From an uncultured Bacteroidales bacterium (GTDB lineage: Bacteria > Bacteroidota > Bacteroidia > Bacteroidales > UBA10428): a DNA stretch of 64,000 nucleotides. The stretch's first letter is position 1. The number at the start of each line of letters is the position of its first letter. This document shows positions 36,836 to 45,706 of this stretch, in pieces. Location of the stretch: assembly GCA_964503885.1 (NCBI GenBank), contig CAZDCD010000010.1:83435-147434 (forward strand), in the 5' to 3' direction. Both the position numbers and the translations under genes were made by a program. The notes below the pieces were generated by a model. That model did not search any database. It had not been told where the DNA came from and was given only the letters and a program-made list of their open reading frames with translations.

Positions 36836-37924
36836 CTAACTCTCCGGAAATTTATAAATCACCGAATTGATGTTCATTCCTGATCCTACTGAAGCGAAAA
36901 CCGCTATATTTCCGGGTTGCAGTGAATGTTCGGCAAGTCTGCCCGTAACAATAAGGTTGAGCATTGTAGGGATGGTTGCCACAGAAGAATTTCCGAATAG
37001 CGATATAGTCATGGGCATAATAAGTTTCGGGATCTTAATTTCCTTGTAGAGTTTAAAAAGTCTCTTAAGGATGGCATCATCCATCTTAGCGTTAGCCTGA
37101 TGGATGAGTATTTTCTTTACCTGGCTGAGCATCACTCCGGCTTTGTCGAGGCTGTCCTTTACCACCTGCGGTACCGTTCTCAACGCATATTCGTAAAGTT
37201 TCCTGCCGTTCATTTTTATGAAAAGTTCAGAAGCTTTTGCCTCAGGGTTGTTTGATTTACCCAGCCATAAATTGTACGCCTGTTCCAGGGTATCTGATCG
37301 CGATATATGCGACAGAATGCCAACCGGTTCTTTGCTTTCCACAGCCTCAAGGATCGTGGCTCCGGCCCCGTCCGCATAGATCATGCTATCCCTGTCGTAT
37401 GGATCACTGATCTTTGAAAGCGTATCGGTACCTATTACCAAAACGCGTTTTGCATCTCCTGACTTAATGTAATAATTGGCCTGTATCATTGCCTGGAGCC
37501 ATCCAGGACATCCGAAAATTACATCATAGGATATTGTAAACGGGTTATTGATGCCCAGTTTTTCTTTTACCCTTGCAGCAAGACTCGGAAGAATATCAGA
37601 CTGCAAAGAGCCGTTATGTATGTCGCCGAAATTATGCGCAACAATAATATAATCAAGGGTTTCCTTATCAATGGATGCAGATTTGATAGCCTCAAGTGCA
37701 GCATTGTAAGCCATATCCGATGCAGTCACCTCATCATTGACATAACGTCTTTCCCTGATTTCGGTAATCTCCTCGAATTTTTTAATAATTTCTTCTGTGG
37801 GTATGTCAATTTTAGCACCGTCGACGTCATAAAATTCATTGAAAATGAAATTTTCATTCCTGACTACTTTGGATGGAATAAAACTGCCGGTTCCTATGAT
37901 CACTGAATATTTTTCCATGCTCAT
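36836..37924 (-). CDS. 3-oxoacyl-ACP synthase III (KASIII/FabH-family) protein
   Basis: GTGSFIP start region, active-site Cys context FGCPGW, HQAN (His) and GNSSVATIP (Asn) blocks. ATG at 37924 is preferred over the TTG at 37930. Confidence 0.75.
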   Translation of the reverse strand: MSMEKYSVIIGTGSFIPSKVVRNENFIFNEFYDVDGAKIDIPTEEIIKKFEEITEIRERRYVNDEVTASDMAYNAALEAIKSASIDKETLDYIIVAHNFGDIHNGSLQSDILPSLAARVKEKLGINNPFTISYDVIFGCPGWLQAMIQANYYIKSGDAKRVLVIGTDTLSKISDPYDRDSMIYADGAGATILEAVESKEPVGILSHISRSDTLEQAYNLWLGKSNNPEAKASELFIKMNGRKLYEYALRTVPQVVKDSLDKAGVMLSQVKKILIHQANAKMDDAILKRLFKLYKEIKIPKLIMPMTISLFGNSSVATIPTMLNLIVTGRLAEHSLQPGNIAVFASVGSGMNINSVIYKFPES

Positions 37925-38161
37925 AACCAATTCTCATTAATATAGATATAAAAAGCAAAATTGTGGATGCCTGCTGCTTTCTGATACACAGATCGAGAAG
38001 TCAATATACCTCTGCACAATTTTTGGCGAATTTAAAGGATATTTAAGATTTATTCTAACCTTTTTTAAAAAAAACAGCGGCCGTGAGAGGACTTAGAAGC
38101 TTGTTATGTCCAGGAATACATTCAATTGCAGTAGAAATGATACCTCTTTTTGTTCATCCGG

Positions 38162-40666
38162 TCAACGTATGATATACCTGTCGATTTTCGATAACATTTC
38201 ATTCAGATTCAGGGGTTTTGAAAGATAATCATCGCAGCCTGAGAGCAGACACTTTTCCCTTTCTCCTTCCATAGCAAATGAAGTTTGTGCAATAACAGGT
38301 ACTTTCGAATCAATTTTTTTTATCTGCTGGGTGGCAATGTACCCATCCATTACAGGCATTTGAATATCCATCAATACAAGATGGAAGGAACTATCCCTGA
38401 AAATATCAACAGCTTCGGCTCCGTTGATTGCCCTGTAAATTTTAGCCTTGGTTCTTGACAGTGCAGATTCCAGTACCTTATAATTCAGGTCTTCATCTTC
38501 AGCGATAAGGATTTTTTTGCCTTTCCAGTCATAGTGCAGGAGCATATTCGCGGCTAAGCTCGATTTCCTAAGTTCCTGAACTGAAAAAGATCCGATCTCA
38601 ATGGTTTTAAAAGGTATTGTAAAATAAAATGTCGATCCTGCCTGAACAGCAGATTCAACCCATATTTTTCCGCCAAGAAGCTCTACAAGGTTTTTTGTGA
38701 TGGCAAGCCCTAAACCCGTGCCGCCAAACTGGTCTCCTGCAGTGGGATCTATCTGTGAAAACCGCTCGAAAATATACTGGAACTTGCTTTCAGGTATCCC
38801 GATACCGCTGTCTTTTACATAAAACTGCAGGTAAGTAGACTGACGGGTAAATCCGAATTCGACAAATCCATCGACAGTATACTTTATCGCATTTTCAAGG
38901 AGGTTATTCAGGATCTGCCTCAGCCTGTGGCCATCAGTATCAATAGTAACGCTGTTTTTCAGGCAATTCCTATCAAGCGTTAGGATGATGTGTTCTTTGT
39001 TCCTCTTATTTTTCAATTCGTTGAACATATTCAGCAAATCAAAACAGATGGCCGTAATGTTACAGCTCGACTTGCTGATAGTGAGCTGCCGGGCTTCGAT
39101 CCTGGCAATATCTATAATATCATCGATGAGTCCGAGCAGGCTTTCGCCGGCAGTGGTCACATAATTTATATACTCATCCCTTTTTGCTTTGGTAAGATCA
39201 GGGTCTCTGATAAAATTTGAAAAGGCAAGAATTGCATTCATCGGGGTCCTGAGCTCATGCGACATGTTCGACAGAAAGGCTGATTTAAGCCTGTCGGATT
39301 CCTCGGCTATTTTTCGTTCGCTGATCTCAGTCTTCAGTTCAGCCGATTTCTGTTCCACCTGTTTTTCAAGCAGTAACTTGTGTTCGTGCAGTTCCTTTTC
39401 GACCTTTCTTTTCTGAATATAGGCTACAATGATTATTACCAGAAGACTTAGGAGGATCAGGATACCAATACTCAGGAATTTTTTATACAATTTTTGCTGA
39501 GCAAGTTCTTTGCTCTTTATGGTTAATTCATTATCAAGAAGTTCAAGCTTATATTCAGCTTCCATTTCCATGATCTTGTTTTTCGACTCTACAGATTTAA
39601 TAGAATCTTCGAGATCATCAAACAGCTTGAAATATTCCAGAGATTTCTTGTAGTCATTTTGATCGGCGTACAAATTTGAAATGGCTTCGTAATTGGCCAT
39701 AATTCCCTGTACATATCCTGCATGTTTTGCCAGTTCAAGACTTTTTTCATAATAGGTTAACGCTGTGCTCAGGTCTTTCAGGTTGGAGTAAGATGTACCC
39801 ACATTGTGCATGGCAAGGATTTTTCCAATCTCAAAGTCGATTTCGTTGAAAACCTTCAACGATTCCTTGTAGTATCGAAGCGCCTGGGTATATTCCTTGC
39901 TCTTCTGACAAATCAGCCCGTTGTTGCTTAATGAAATACCCATACCTTCCTTGTCATCGAGGTCTTTGTAAATTTTATATGATTTGGTGATATTTTCTTT
40001 TGCAGCATCGAACTCATCGTTTCCGATGTAGATCAGGCCCAGGTTTTGGGTGAGCCCGGCAATGTTCCTCTTGTTTTTTAACCGTTCATTTATATGAAGC
40101 GATTTTTTATAGTAATACAATGCGTTTTCGGTGTTATTCAGTTCGTGGTGCACCAACCCCATGTTCTGGTAGATGTTGGCTTCCTCCTGCTCACGGTTGA
40201 GCCTGATGTATATCTTCAATGCTTCCTGGTAGTCTTTTATCGCTTCTTCATAATTTCCCTGATAATACTCTGCCAGCCCGAGAAATTTGTTGATCTCCGC
40301 GATCTGTTCCGTGTTGTTGAACCGCCTGAAAATATCGAGCGCCTGCAGCAGGTAGCCTTTTGAATCCTTATACTCTTCTTTATTGTATTTTGCCAAGCCC
40401 ATTCCGGATGAGGCGATTGCTTTCAGGCTGTCGATATTGAGTAGTCTTGAGATGGCATATGACCTCGAATAATAATTAAATGCCGTAGCCGGGGAATCGT
40501 TAAGGTAATAATGCCCCAGTTTATTCAGGATTAGCGACTGTGTAACATTTTTTTCATCCGAAAGCTCTTTTTTCAGGCTATCGGGATCATCTCCGGTGGA
40601 TACCGGGTATGAATTCATGGGAATTGCAAGCAGCAGGGAAGTTAATATGAAAAAAGCAGCTCTCAT
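38162..40666 (-). CDS. Hybrid sensor histidine kinase with periplasmic/N-terminal TPR array and C-terminal receiver domain
   Basis: Signal peptide, ~8 TPR-like units, TM LSIGILILLSLLVIIIVAYI, a coiled coil, H-box SHELRTPMNAI, an ATPase G-boxes region (GTGLGLAI), and REC KILIAEDEDLN...DIQMPVMDG. Confidence 0.85.
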   Translation of the reverse strand: MRAAFFILTSLLLAIPMNSYPVSTGDDPDSLKKELSDEKNVTQSLILNKLGHYYLNDSPATAFNYYSRSYAISRLLNIDSLKAIASSGMGLAKYNKEEYKDSKGYLLQALDIFRRFNNTEQIAEINKFLGLAEYYQGNYEEAIKDYQEALKIYIRLNREQEEANIYQNMGLVHHELNNTENALYYYKKSLHINERLKNKRNIAGLTQNLGLIYIGNDEFDAAKENITKSYKIYKDLDDKEGMGISLSNNGLICQKSKEYTQALRYYKESLKVFNEIDFEIGKILAMHNVGTSYSNLKDLSTALTYYEKSLELAKHAGYVQGIMANYEAISNLYADQNDYKKSLEYFKLFDDLEDSIKSVESKNKIMEMEAEYKLELLDNELTIKSKELAQQKLYKKFLSIGILILLSLLVIIIVAYIQKRKVEKELHEHKLLLEKQVEQKSAELKTEISERKIAEESDRLKSAFLSNMSHELRTPMNAILAFSNFIRDPDLTKAKRDEYINYVTTAGESLLGLIDDIIDIARIEARQLTISKSSCNITAICFDLLNMFNELKNKRNKEHIILTLDRNCLKNSVTIDTDGHRLRQILNNLLENAIKYTVDGFVEFGFTRQSTYLQFYVKDSGIGIPESKFQYIFERFSQIDPTAGDQFGGTGLGLAITKNLVELLGGKIWVESAVQAGSTFYFTIPFKTIEIGSFSVQELRKSSLAANMLLHYDWKGKKILIAEDEDLNYKVLESALSRTKAKIYRAINGAEAVDIFRDSSFHLVLMDIQMPVMDGYIATQQIKKIDSKVPVIAQTSFAMEGEREKCLLSGCDDYLSKPLNLNEMLSKIDRYIIR

Positions 40667-40841
40667 CTCGTTTTCGGCCGGAAAAATAGTAAATATTTCC
40701 CGACACGGAAAGTGAATCCCCTGTCATTTATCAACATGAACATGCATTTCATAAAAAATCAGGCCGACCTGAAAGCAAAGAAAGAAAACAAACCCGGACA
40801 ATTCCCAAAGATACCGTGGAATTGACCGGCTTTGTGCAAAA

Positions 40842-40866
40842 CCGGAAAATGGATTTTTATTTCCGG
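40842..40866 (-). terminator. Hairpin plus T-run on the minus strand 32 nt after the TonB stop
   Basis: CCGGAAA (40842-40848) pairs with TTTCCGG (40860-40866). On the minus strand it is followed by TTTTGC. Confidence 0.4.
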
Positions 40867-40897
40867 GTCCCTTTGCTTACCGGAAAAAACAGCCTGA

Positions 40898-41596
40898 TTA
40901 CTGGCTTAACCTGAAGAACACGGGTATGGTATAGGTGACTTTTACCGGAATATTCCGCTGTTTTCCGGGCTTCCATCGGGGTGAATTCTCCAGCACTTTG
41001 ATCACTTCATCGTCGAGCAGCGGATCTACTCCTTTCATAATCCTGACATCCACTACATAGCCTTCTTTATTTATTGCAAAATGAGCAACTACTCTTCCCT
41101 GAATTCCCATACCAATTGCTTCATCAGAATAGATCACGTGAGATTGCACATATTCTACAAATTCTTCATATCCTTCACCCCTGAATGATGGTTTTGTTGC
41201 AACACTCCAGAATGGCACTTCATCTTCGACATTTTCCTCTTCCATAGGAATGTAATAGTTGCCGACAGCATCATCTTCGCCGATTTCCAATTTAAAATCA
41301 AGTGCATCGCTGATGATATCATCGTTATTGTCATGAATAATAAACTCCCATATTTCCGGCTTGGGCGGTTCCTGGGGGATATCCTTTGTGAAGGTATTCT
41401 CTACAAGCTCATCTTCAAATTTACCATTATTCGCAGCTAACAGAGAATTGTCAGTTTTCTTCGGTACTTTCCACTCAAAAGCAATAAGCAGTAGTCCCAG
41501 AGAAACAAGAAGACCTACCTGGAAAAATAACCATTTCTTGTTTTCCAGATTTGCGTGTTTGGTTTTTTTGGTTTCATGGCCTGAGTTTTTTAACAT
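40898..41596 (-). CDS. TonB-family energy transducer (N-terminal anchor, acidic/Pro linker, TonB_C domain)
   Basis: TM WLFFQVGLLVSLGLLLIAF, a PQEPPKPE linker, and a C-terminal ...GIQGRVVAHFAINKEGYVVDVRIMKGVDPLLDDEVIKVLENSPRWKPGKQRNIPVKVTYTIPVFF. Confidence 0.8.
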   Translation of the reverse strand: MLKNSGHETKKTKHANLENKKWLFFQVGLLVSLGLLLIAFEWKVPKKTDNSLLAANNGKFEDELVENTFTKDIPQEPPKPEIWEFIIHDNNDDIISDALDFKLEIGEDDAVGNYYIPMEEENVEDEVPFWSVATKPSFRGEGYEEFVEYVQSHVIYSDEAIGMGIQGRVVAHFAINKEGYVVDVRIMKGVDPLLDDEVIKVLENSPRWKPGKQRNIPVKVTYTIPVFFRLSQ

Positions 41597-41844
41597 TGAA
41601 TTGATCGTACAATGTGTAAGAACAACATGAATAATTGTACAAATAAATCAACGTATTGTTACCTGATAAAAAACAAATTCAGTGCCAAAATTCGGGTAGT
41701 AATCAACCGGTTTGCCAGTTCCGGATGCATTTTAATGCATGTATGTTAAAACCGGTGATCACCCGTAATCCAATCGGACCAGGGTATATAAATCATGCGC
41801 GGAAAGGGAGAAAACAATGGCCTGTTCAGTGAAAATATGCCAGA

Positions 41845-42072
41845 TCAGTTATACAACTTTTTGCTTCTTTTGGTCTTGTTCTTTTTAATTTTATACGTTT
41901 TCCGTTTTTCAACCGAAGTGTATTTTTTATTTCGCGGAAGCTCGTCTTTCCTCGGGATCATGAGGTTACGGCGCTGCTGTGCATCTTTAGCTGCTCCGCA
42001 ACCGGTAATTCCGGTAATCAGAATGATCAGTGCGGCTGTTAAAAATTTGCCGGGAGTTACTGCTAATCTCAT
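41845..42072 (-). CDS. Small (75 aa) lipoprotein with an extremely basic Lys/Arg-rich tail
   Basis: MRLAVTPGKFLTAALIILITGITGC is a signal plus lipobox. The tail is ...RKTYKIKKNKTKRSKKLYN. I prefer it over the overlapping plus-strand ORF, which has no recognisable features. Confidence 0.4.
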   Translation of the reverse strand: MRLAVTPGKFLTAALIILITGITGCGAAKDAQQRRNLMIPRKDELPRNKKYTSVEKRKTYKIKKNKTKRSKKLYN

Positions 42073-42253
42073 CAGAATATGCTTTTAAGGTGGTTATCTT
42101 TTAGAAAGGTATACGAAAGAAGTCAGTTAAATGTTTTGCTGTTTTTTTAGCATCCGGCTTTCGGTTGATGATTTTCAATCAATTATTTGCTCTTTACGGT
42201 AAAATGATATCTTTGAGAGTAGGAACCGGCTTTACAGAAATTACCAAATCTTC

Positions 42254-42844
42254 TTAGTTCATCATCACTTTCAGGATTTCAGGCAATTTTATTAACTTCA
42301 GGAGTTTCGACCTGTCAATGTTATCTGCCATTGGCTGTAAATCAATGTGTCCGATCCTGGTCATTACAAAATATTCACCCAGTATATTGTCCAGCAACAG
42401 AAAGGCGAGATGCGCATAACGGCTGTCATCTCCGGAATAACCCGGTAAAAAAAGCTGCAGGTGTATCTTTTCATCAAAGCAATACTGAAACCAGATCTCC
42501 TCGGCGCTTAGTTTAAGATCCCCGATCTGAACCGCAAACTCACACCCTTTCGGTTGCCTGAATTTGACAATCTCAATGTTTTCAATTGAGGGTGCACAGG
42601 AGGCAAGCTTTTCGACATATGGTATGCCGTCGCGGATTCCCCCACAACTGATCACGAATTCATATTTCCCGCCCGAGGTCTCACCGATCTCAAAAGTAAA
42701 ATGGGAGTATATTTTTCCTAACCTCGAAGCGATCTCACCGATGATCTCCTGGTTATCACAAATTTGCAGTATTCTCTGAGTGTTTTCGACGAACCATTTC
42801 CAGAAAATTTTTTCTTTGCCTTGGATACGGGATTTACTATTCAT
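42254..42844 (-). CDS. Hypothetical cytoplasmic protein, 196 aa
   Basis: A clean ORF with no signal peptide and no motif I recognise. Confidence 0.5.
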   Translation of the reverse strand: MNSKSRIQGKEKIFWKWFVENTQRILQICDNQEIIGEIASRLGKIYSHFTFEIGETSGGKYEFVISCGGIRDGIPYVEKLASCAPSIENIEIVKFRQPKGCEFAVQIGDLKLSAEEIWFQYCFDEKIHLQLFLPGYSGDDSRYAHLAFLLLDNILGEYFVMTRIGHIDLQPMADNIDRSKLLKLIKLPEILKVMMN

Positions 42845-42965
42845 ACCTGAACAACAATTATCTGTGCATTGGGTTTATCTTTTTAACAAATCCCCGCATA
42901 AATTTTTGATGAAAATCCATGTGCATGCTATTTTTAATTTATGCCTTAATTAATTGATCACATAA

Positions 42966-43475
42966 TCACTCAGTCACATGATAACCTGATTTTGCTTTTC
43001 TGAAAATAAGGAACAATACCAAACCGGAGGTTATATAAACATCTGCAAAATTAATAATCCCTGTCCGCAGGTTCATAATACCGATATTCATGAAGTCGGC
43101 CACATGCCGGTGGTACAGAATACGGTCAAGGACATTCCCCAATCCTCCTGAAAGAATCATCACCAGGGCAATGCATGCAACAAGGTTTAATGTATTCCTC
43201 ATTTTTACAATATAAAAAGCAAGCAGCGCCATTAAACCCGTCGGGATCAGGCAGAACAGCCAATAGTAAATGCTGTCAGGTATCTGTGCCCCGAGTCCAA
43301 GAAATGCTCCGGTATTTTCAACATAGCCCAAACGAAAGGTGTCCATCAAAAACGATCTATATGGTTTCCCACTGAGCTGCTCGCGCGCAACCTCTTTAGA
43401 TATGCGGTCACAACCTACAAGAAAAACCATCAGAACGGAAAAAAGAAGCAGTTTATGTCGGATAAGTGCGGTCAT
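42966..43475 (-). CDS. lspA: Lipoprotein signal peptidase (signal peptidase II)
   Basis: 169 aa with four TM segments. GGLGNVLDR and INFADVYITSG are the conserved Asp-containing LspA blocks. Confidence 0.85.
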   Translation of the reverse strand: MTALIRHKLLLFSVLMVFLVGCDRISKEVAREQLSGKPYRSFLMDTFRLGYVENTGAFLGLGAQIPDSIYYWLFCLIPTGLMALLAFYIVKMRNTLNLVACIALVMILSGGLGNVLDRILYHRHVADFMNIGIMNLRTGIINFADVYITSGLVLFLIFRKAKSGYHVTE

Positions 43476-43579
43476 GATAAATTTTGTATTTGTGATAGAT
43501 ACTAAAATAACTATTGTTCAACGGGCTTGGCAGGCTTTGCCTCGGCATCTGTTTAACCTATTAACATGTGATCATTTTC

Positions 43580-44335
43580 CTAATCTGAACTCACGGTTTT
43601 TCCCGAGGTATTGATCGGATTCAGGTCAATCGGTACCGAATACTTATCCAGGCTGTCGGTCCTTACAGTGATATTTTTCCAGCGGACTTCCAGATTTTCA
43701 TACTTCTGCTCATTGGGAACCGAATCAACCTGGAATCCTATAAACCCTGAATTCATCTGATCATCAATCAGGTATGCAGCAGGTATGGCATTGGTCCAGA
43801 TTTTAATTTCCGGACCTATGACTTCAATCCTGAAATGATTCCATTCGCCTTTTTTATAGGCATTTTTTCCGGTTTCATTGTTTTTAAGGGTATACAGCCA
43901 ACCTCTACCGCCTTCTTCGTAAATGCCTCCTGACCATCCGGTCTCAGCCTGATCACCAATCTCCACCTGGTAGCCGAATACTTTTCCATTGTGATATTGC
44001 GGATTACTGCCGCTTCTGATCTGCACACCCGAATTCAATGCAGTATCGCATTTAACATCAAATTCGAGGATAAAATCATTGAAGATCTTATCTGAACATA
44101 AAAAACTGCTCGAACTTCCGAGCCAGCTTTTACCCACAAGTTCCCCGTTTTCAACCGTATACCCGGCTGTTCCGTTTAGCTGTGTCAGCCCGTAAAGATT
44201 TTTACCATTGAACAACGTATTATTTTGCACTACCTTGGGTACAGGCTTTTCAGGTGCTGGTTTGCAGGATAACAGGCTACCTGAAACAATACCAATAGAT
44301 AGAAATATGCAAGCGCATTTACTTGAATAGCACAT
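43580..44335 (-). CDS. DUF1080 (3-keto-disaccharide hydrolase-like, concanavalin fold) lipoprotein
   Basis: ATG at 44335 gives MCYSSKCACIFLSIGIVSGSLLSC. FILEFDVK, NSGVQIRS, GYQVEI and WNHFRIEVIGPEIKIWTN fit the DUF1080 pattern. Confidence 0.65.
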   Translation of the reverse strand: MCYSSKCACIFLSIGIVSGSLLSCKPAPEKPVPKVVQNNTLFNGKNLYGLTQLNGTAGYTVENGELVGKSWLGSSSSFLCSDKIFNDFILEFDVKCDTALNSGVQIRSGSNPQYHNGKVFGYQVEIGDQAETGWSGGIYEEGGRGWLYTLKNNETGKNAYKKGEWNHFRIEVIGPEIKIWTNAIPAAYLIDDQMNSGFIGFQVDSVPNEQKYENLEVRWKNITVRTDSLDKYSVPIDLNPINTSGKTVSSD

Positions 44336-44479
44336 TGGTCGGTATGTTAATGATTCATGTTTGGCCGGCAATTTAGTGAAAATGATGTGTATTTGCACAT
44401 GACCACAACGCTAAAAGATTCATGAAAAGCATATTTATCCATGGAATAATCGAAAAATTTGATGTTCAATAATTTGTAA

Positions 44480-44805
44480 ATATGTCCGGGAATTAGGTAC
44501 AGGGTTTCGGCAATTGATTATTTCGGCCATGAAAGCACTCCAGGCCGTCCGGTAAGTGTAACTTCAGATCATCAGACGGTTCCACCTCCCGTAATTACCC
44601 ATGCAGCAAATACAACGGGGGTATCCTTATTAGCCCTGGCCAGAACAGTATGACCGATATAAAAGGATACAACCTTTACCGCACAATATCCGGGGAAAAA
44701 CCTATTCTGCTCGTCAGGCTGACACCCGGTAATGATGAATACCTTGACAAGACTGCCGAAAAGGGCAGTATATTTACCTATGAGTTTACAACAGTGAGAG
44801 CGTGA
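44480..44805 (+). pseudogene. Relic of a surface protein: two Fn3-like units broken by a frameshift, with no start and no signal peptide
   Basis: ...YRVSAIDYFGHESTPGRPVSVTSDHQTVPPPVITHAANTTGVSLLALARTV then stop at 44651-44653. The next frame gives DIKGYNLYRTISGEKPILLVRLTPGNDEYLDKTAEKGSIFTYEFTTV. Confidence 0.45.
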
Positions 44806-44893
44806 AGAGCTGGGGTGTTACGGTGAGAAGACAATAACCTGTTGGTAATTATTTATCAGGAATACCAATTCCACGTAAGGAATATTAATGGGA

Positions 44894-45643
44894 TTAACCG
44901 GCATTTGAGAATATCCGTGATCGGAATAGTCCCAATTTATTCAACCGGTATAAAACCGATACACCCAGCACTCCCATTCCATATTTTATACTGCGTCGCA
45001 GATTGATCGACGAGGCATCATTGAAATATTTTGTAGGACATGTTATCTCTGCTATCTCAAACCCTGCATAAAAAATTTGTGCAATCATCTGGTTATCGAA
45101 GATGAAGTCGTCTGAATTTGTACTAAAATTAATAGATTCCAGTACCTTACGGGAGAAAGCCCTGTAACCGGTATGGTATTCCGACAATTTCTGATTCATC
45201 AGGATATTTTGTGTAAGCGTTAGCAACCTGTTCGAAAAATATTTATATACAGGCATCCCGCCTTTGAGTGCGCCTTTTCCCAGAATTCTTGAGCCCAGCA
45301 CAACATCATATACATCATTGGCAATTAAATAGCACATGGAATGAATAAGCTTCGGGGTATACTGGTAATCCGGATGCAGCATCACAACAATATCTGACTT
45401 CAGCTCTAGCGCTTTGAAGTAACATGATTTCTGATTACCCCCATAGCCTTTATTACTGGTGTGCGCAATGATATGCCTGATACCTAATGCTTTTGCTTTA
45501 TCGAGCGTATTGTCACTACTCCTATCGTCGACCAGGATCACTTCATCAACAATATCCATGGGTATTTCGCTATAGGTTTGTTCCAGGGTTTTTTCAGCAT
45601 TATATGCCGGCAACACAATAGTTATTTTTTTTTGTCGGATCAT
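44894..45643 (-). CDS. Family 2 glycosyltransferase (polyprenyl-phosphate sugar synthase-like)
   Basis: ITIVLPAYNAEKTLEQT, VILVDDRSSDNT and a DYQYTP region (DxD-like) are typical of small GT2 Dpm1/ArnC/GtrB-type enzymes. Confidence 0.75.
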   Translation of the reverse strand: MIRQKKITIVLPAYNAEKTLEQTYSEIPMDIVDEVILVDDRSSDNTLDKAKALGIRHIIAHTSNKGYGGNQKSCYFKALELKSDIVVMLHPDYQYTPKLIHSMCYLIANDVYDVVLGSRILGKGALKGGMPVYKYFSNRLLTLTQNILMNQKLSEYHTGYRAFSRKVLESINFSTNSDDFIFDNQMIAQIFYAGFEIAEITCPTKYFNDASSINLRRSIKYGMGVLGVSVLYRLNKLGLFRSRIFSNAG

Positions 45644-45706
45644 TTATTGAAAGGAATTTTAAAATAACAAATTAAAACCTGAATATCAAGGAATTCAGAA
45701 ACAGCA

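Noticed and set aside
41795-42088. 97-aa plus-strand ORF
   Set aside because: It is featureless and overlaps a minus-strand ORF that has a clear lipoprotein signal. The call remains uncertain.
45625-45633. A9 tract in codons 4-7 of the GT2 gene as a slipped-strand phase-variation switch (also A9 at 34822-34830 in the repeat protein)
   Set aside because: An identical A9 tract occurs in the essential purL gene (54790-54798). A8 tracts are frequent in Lys-rich stretches of this AT-rich genome, so the tract is not distinctive.
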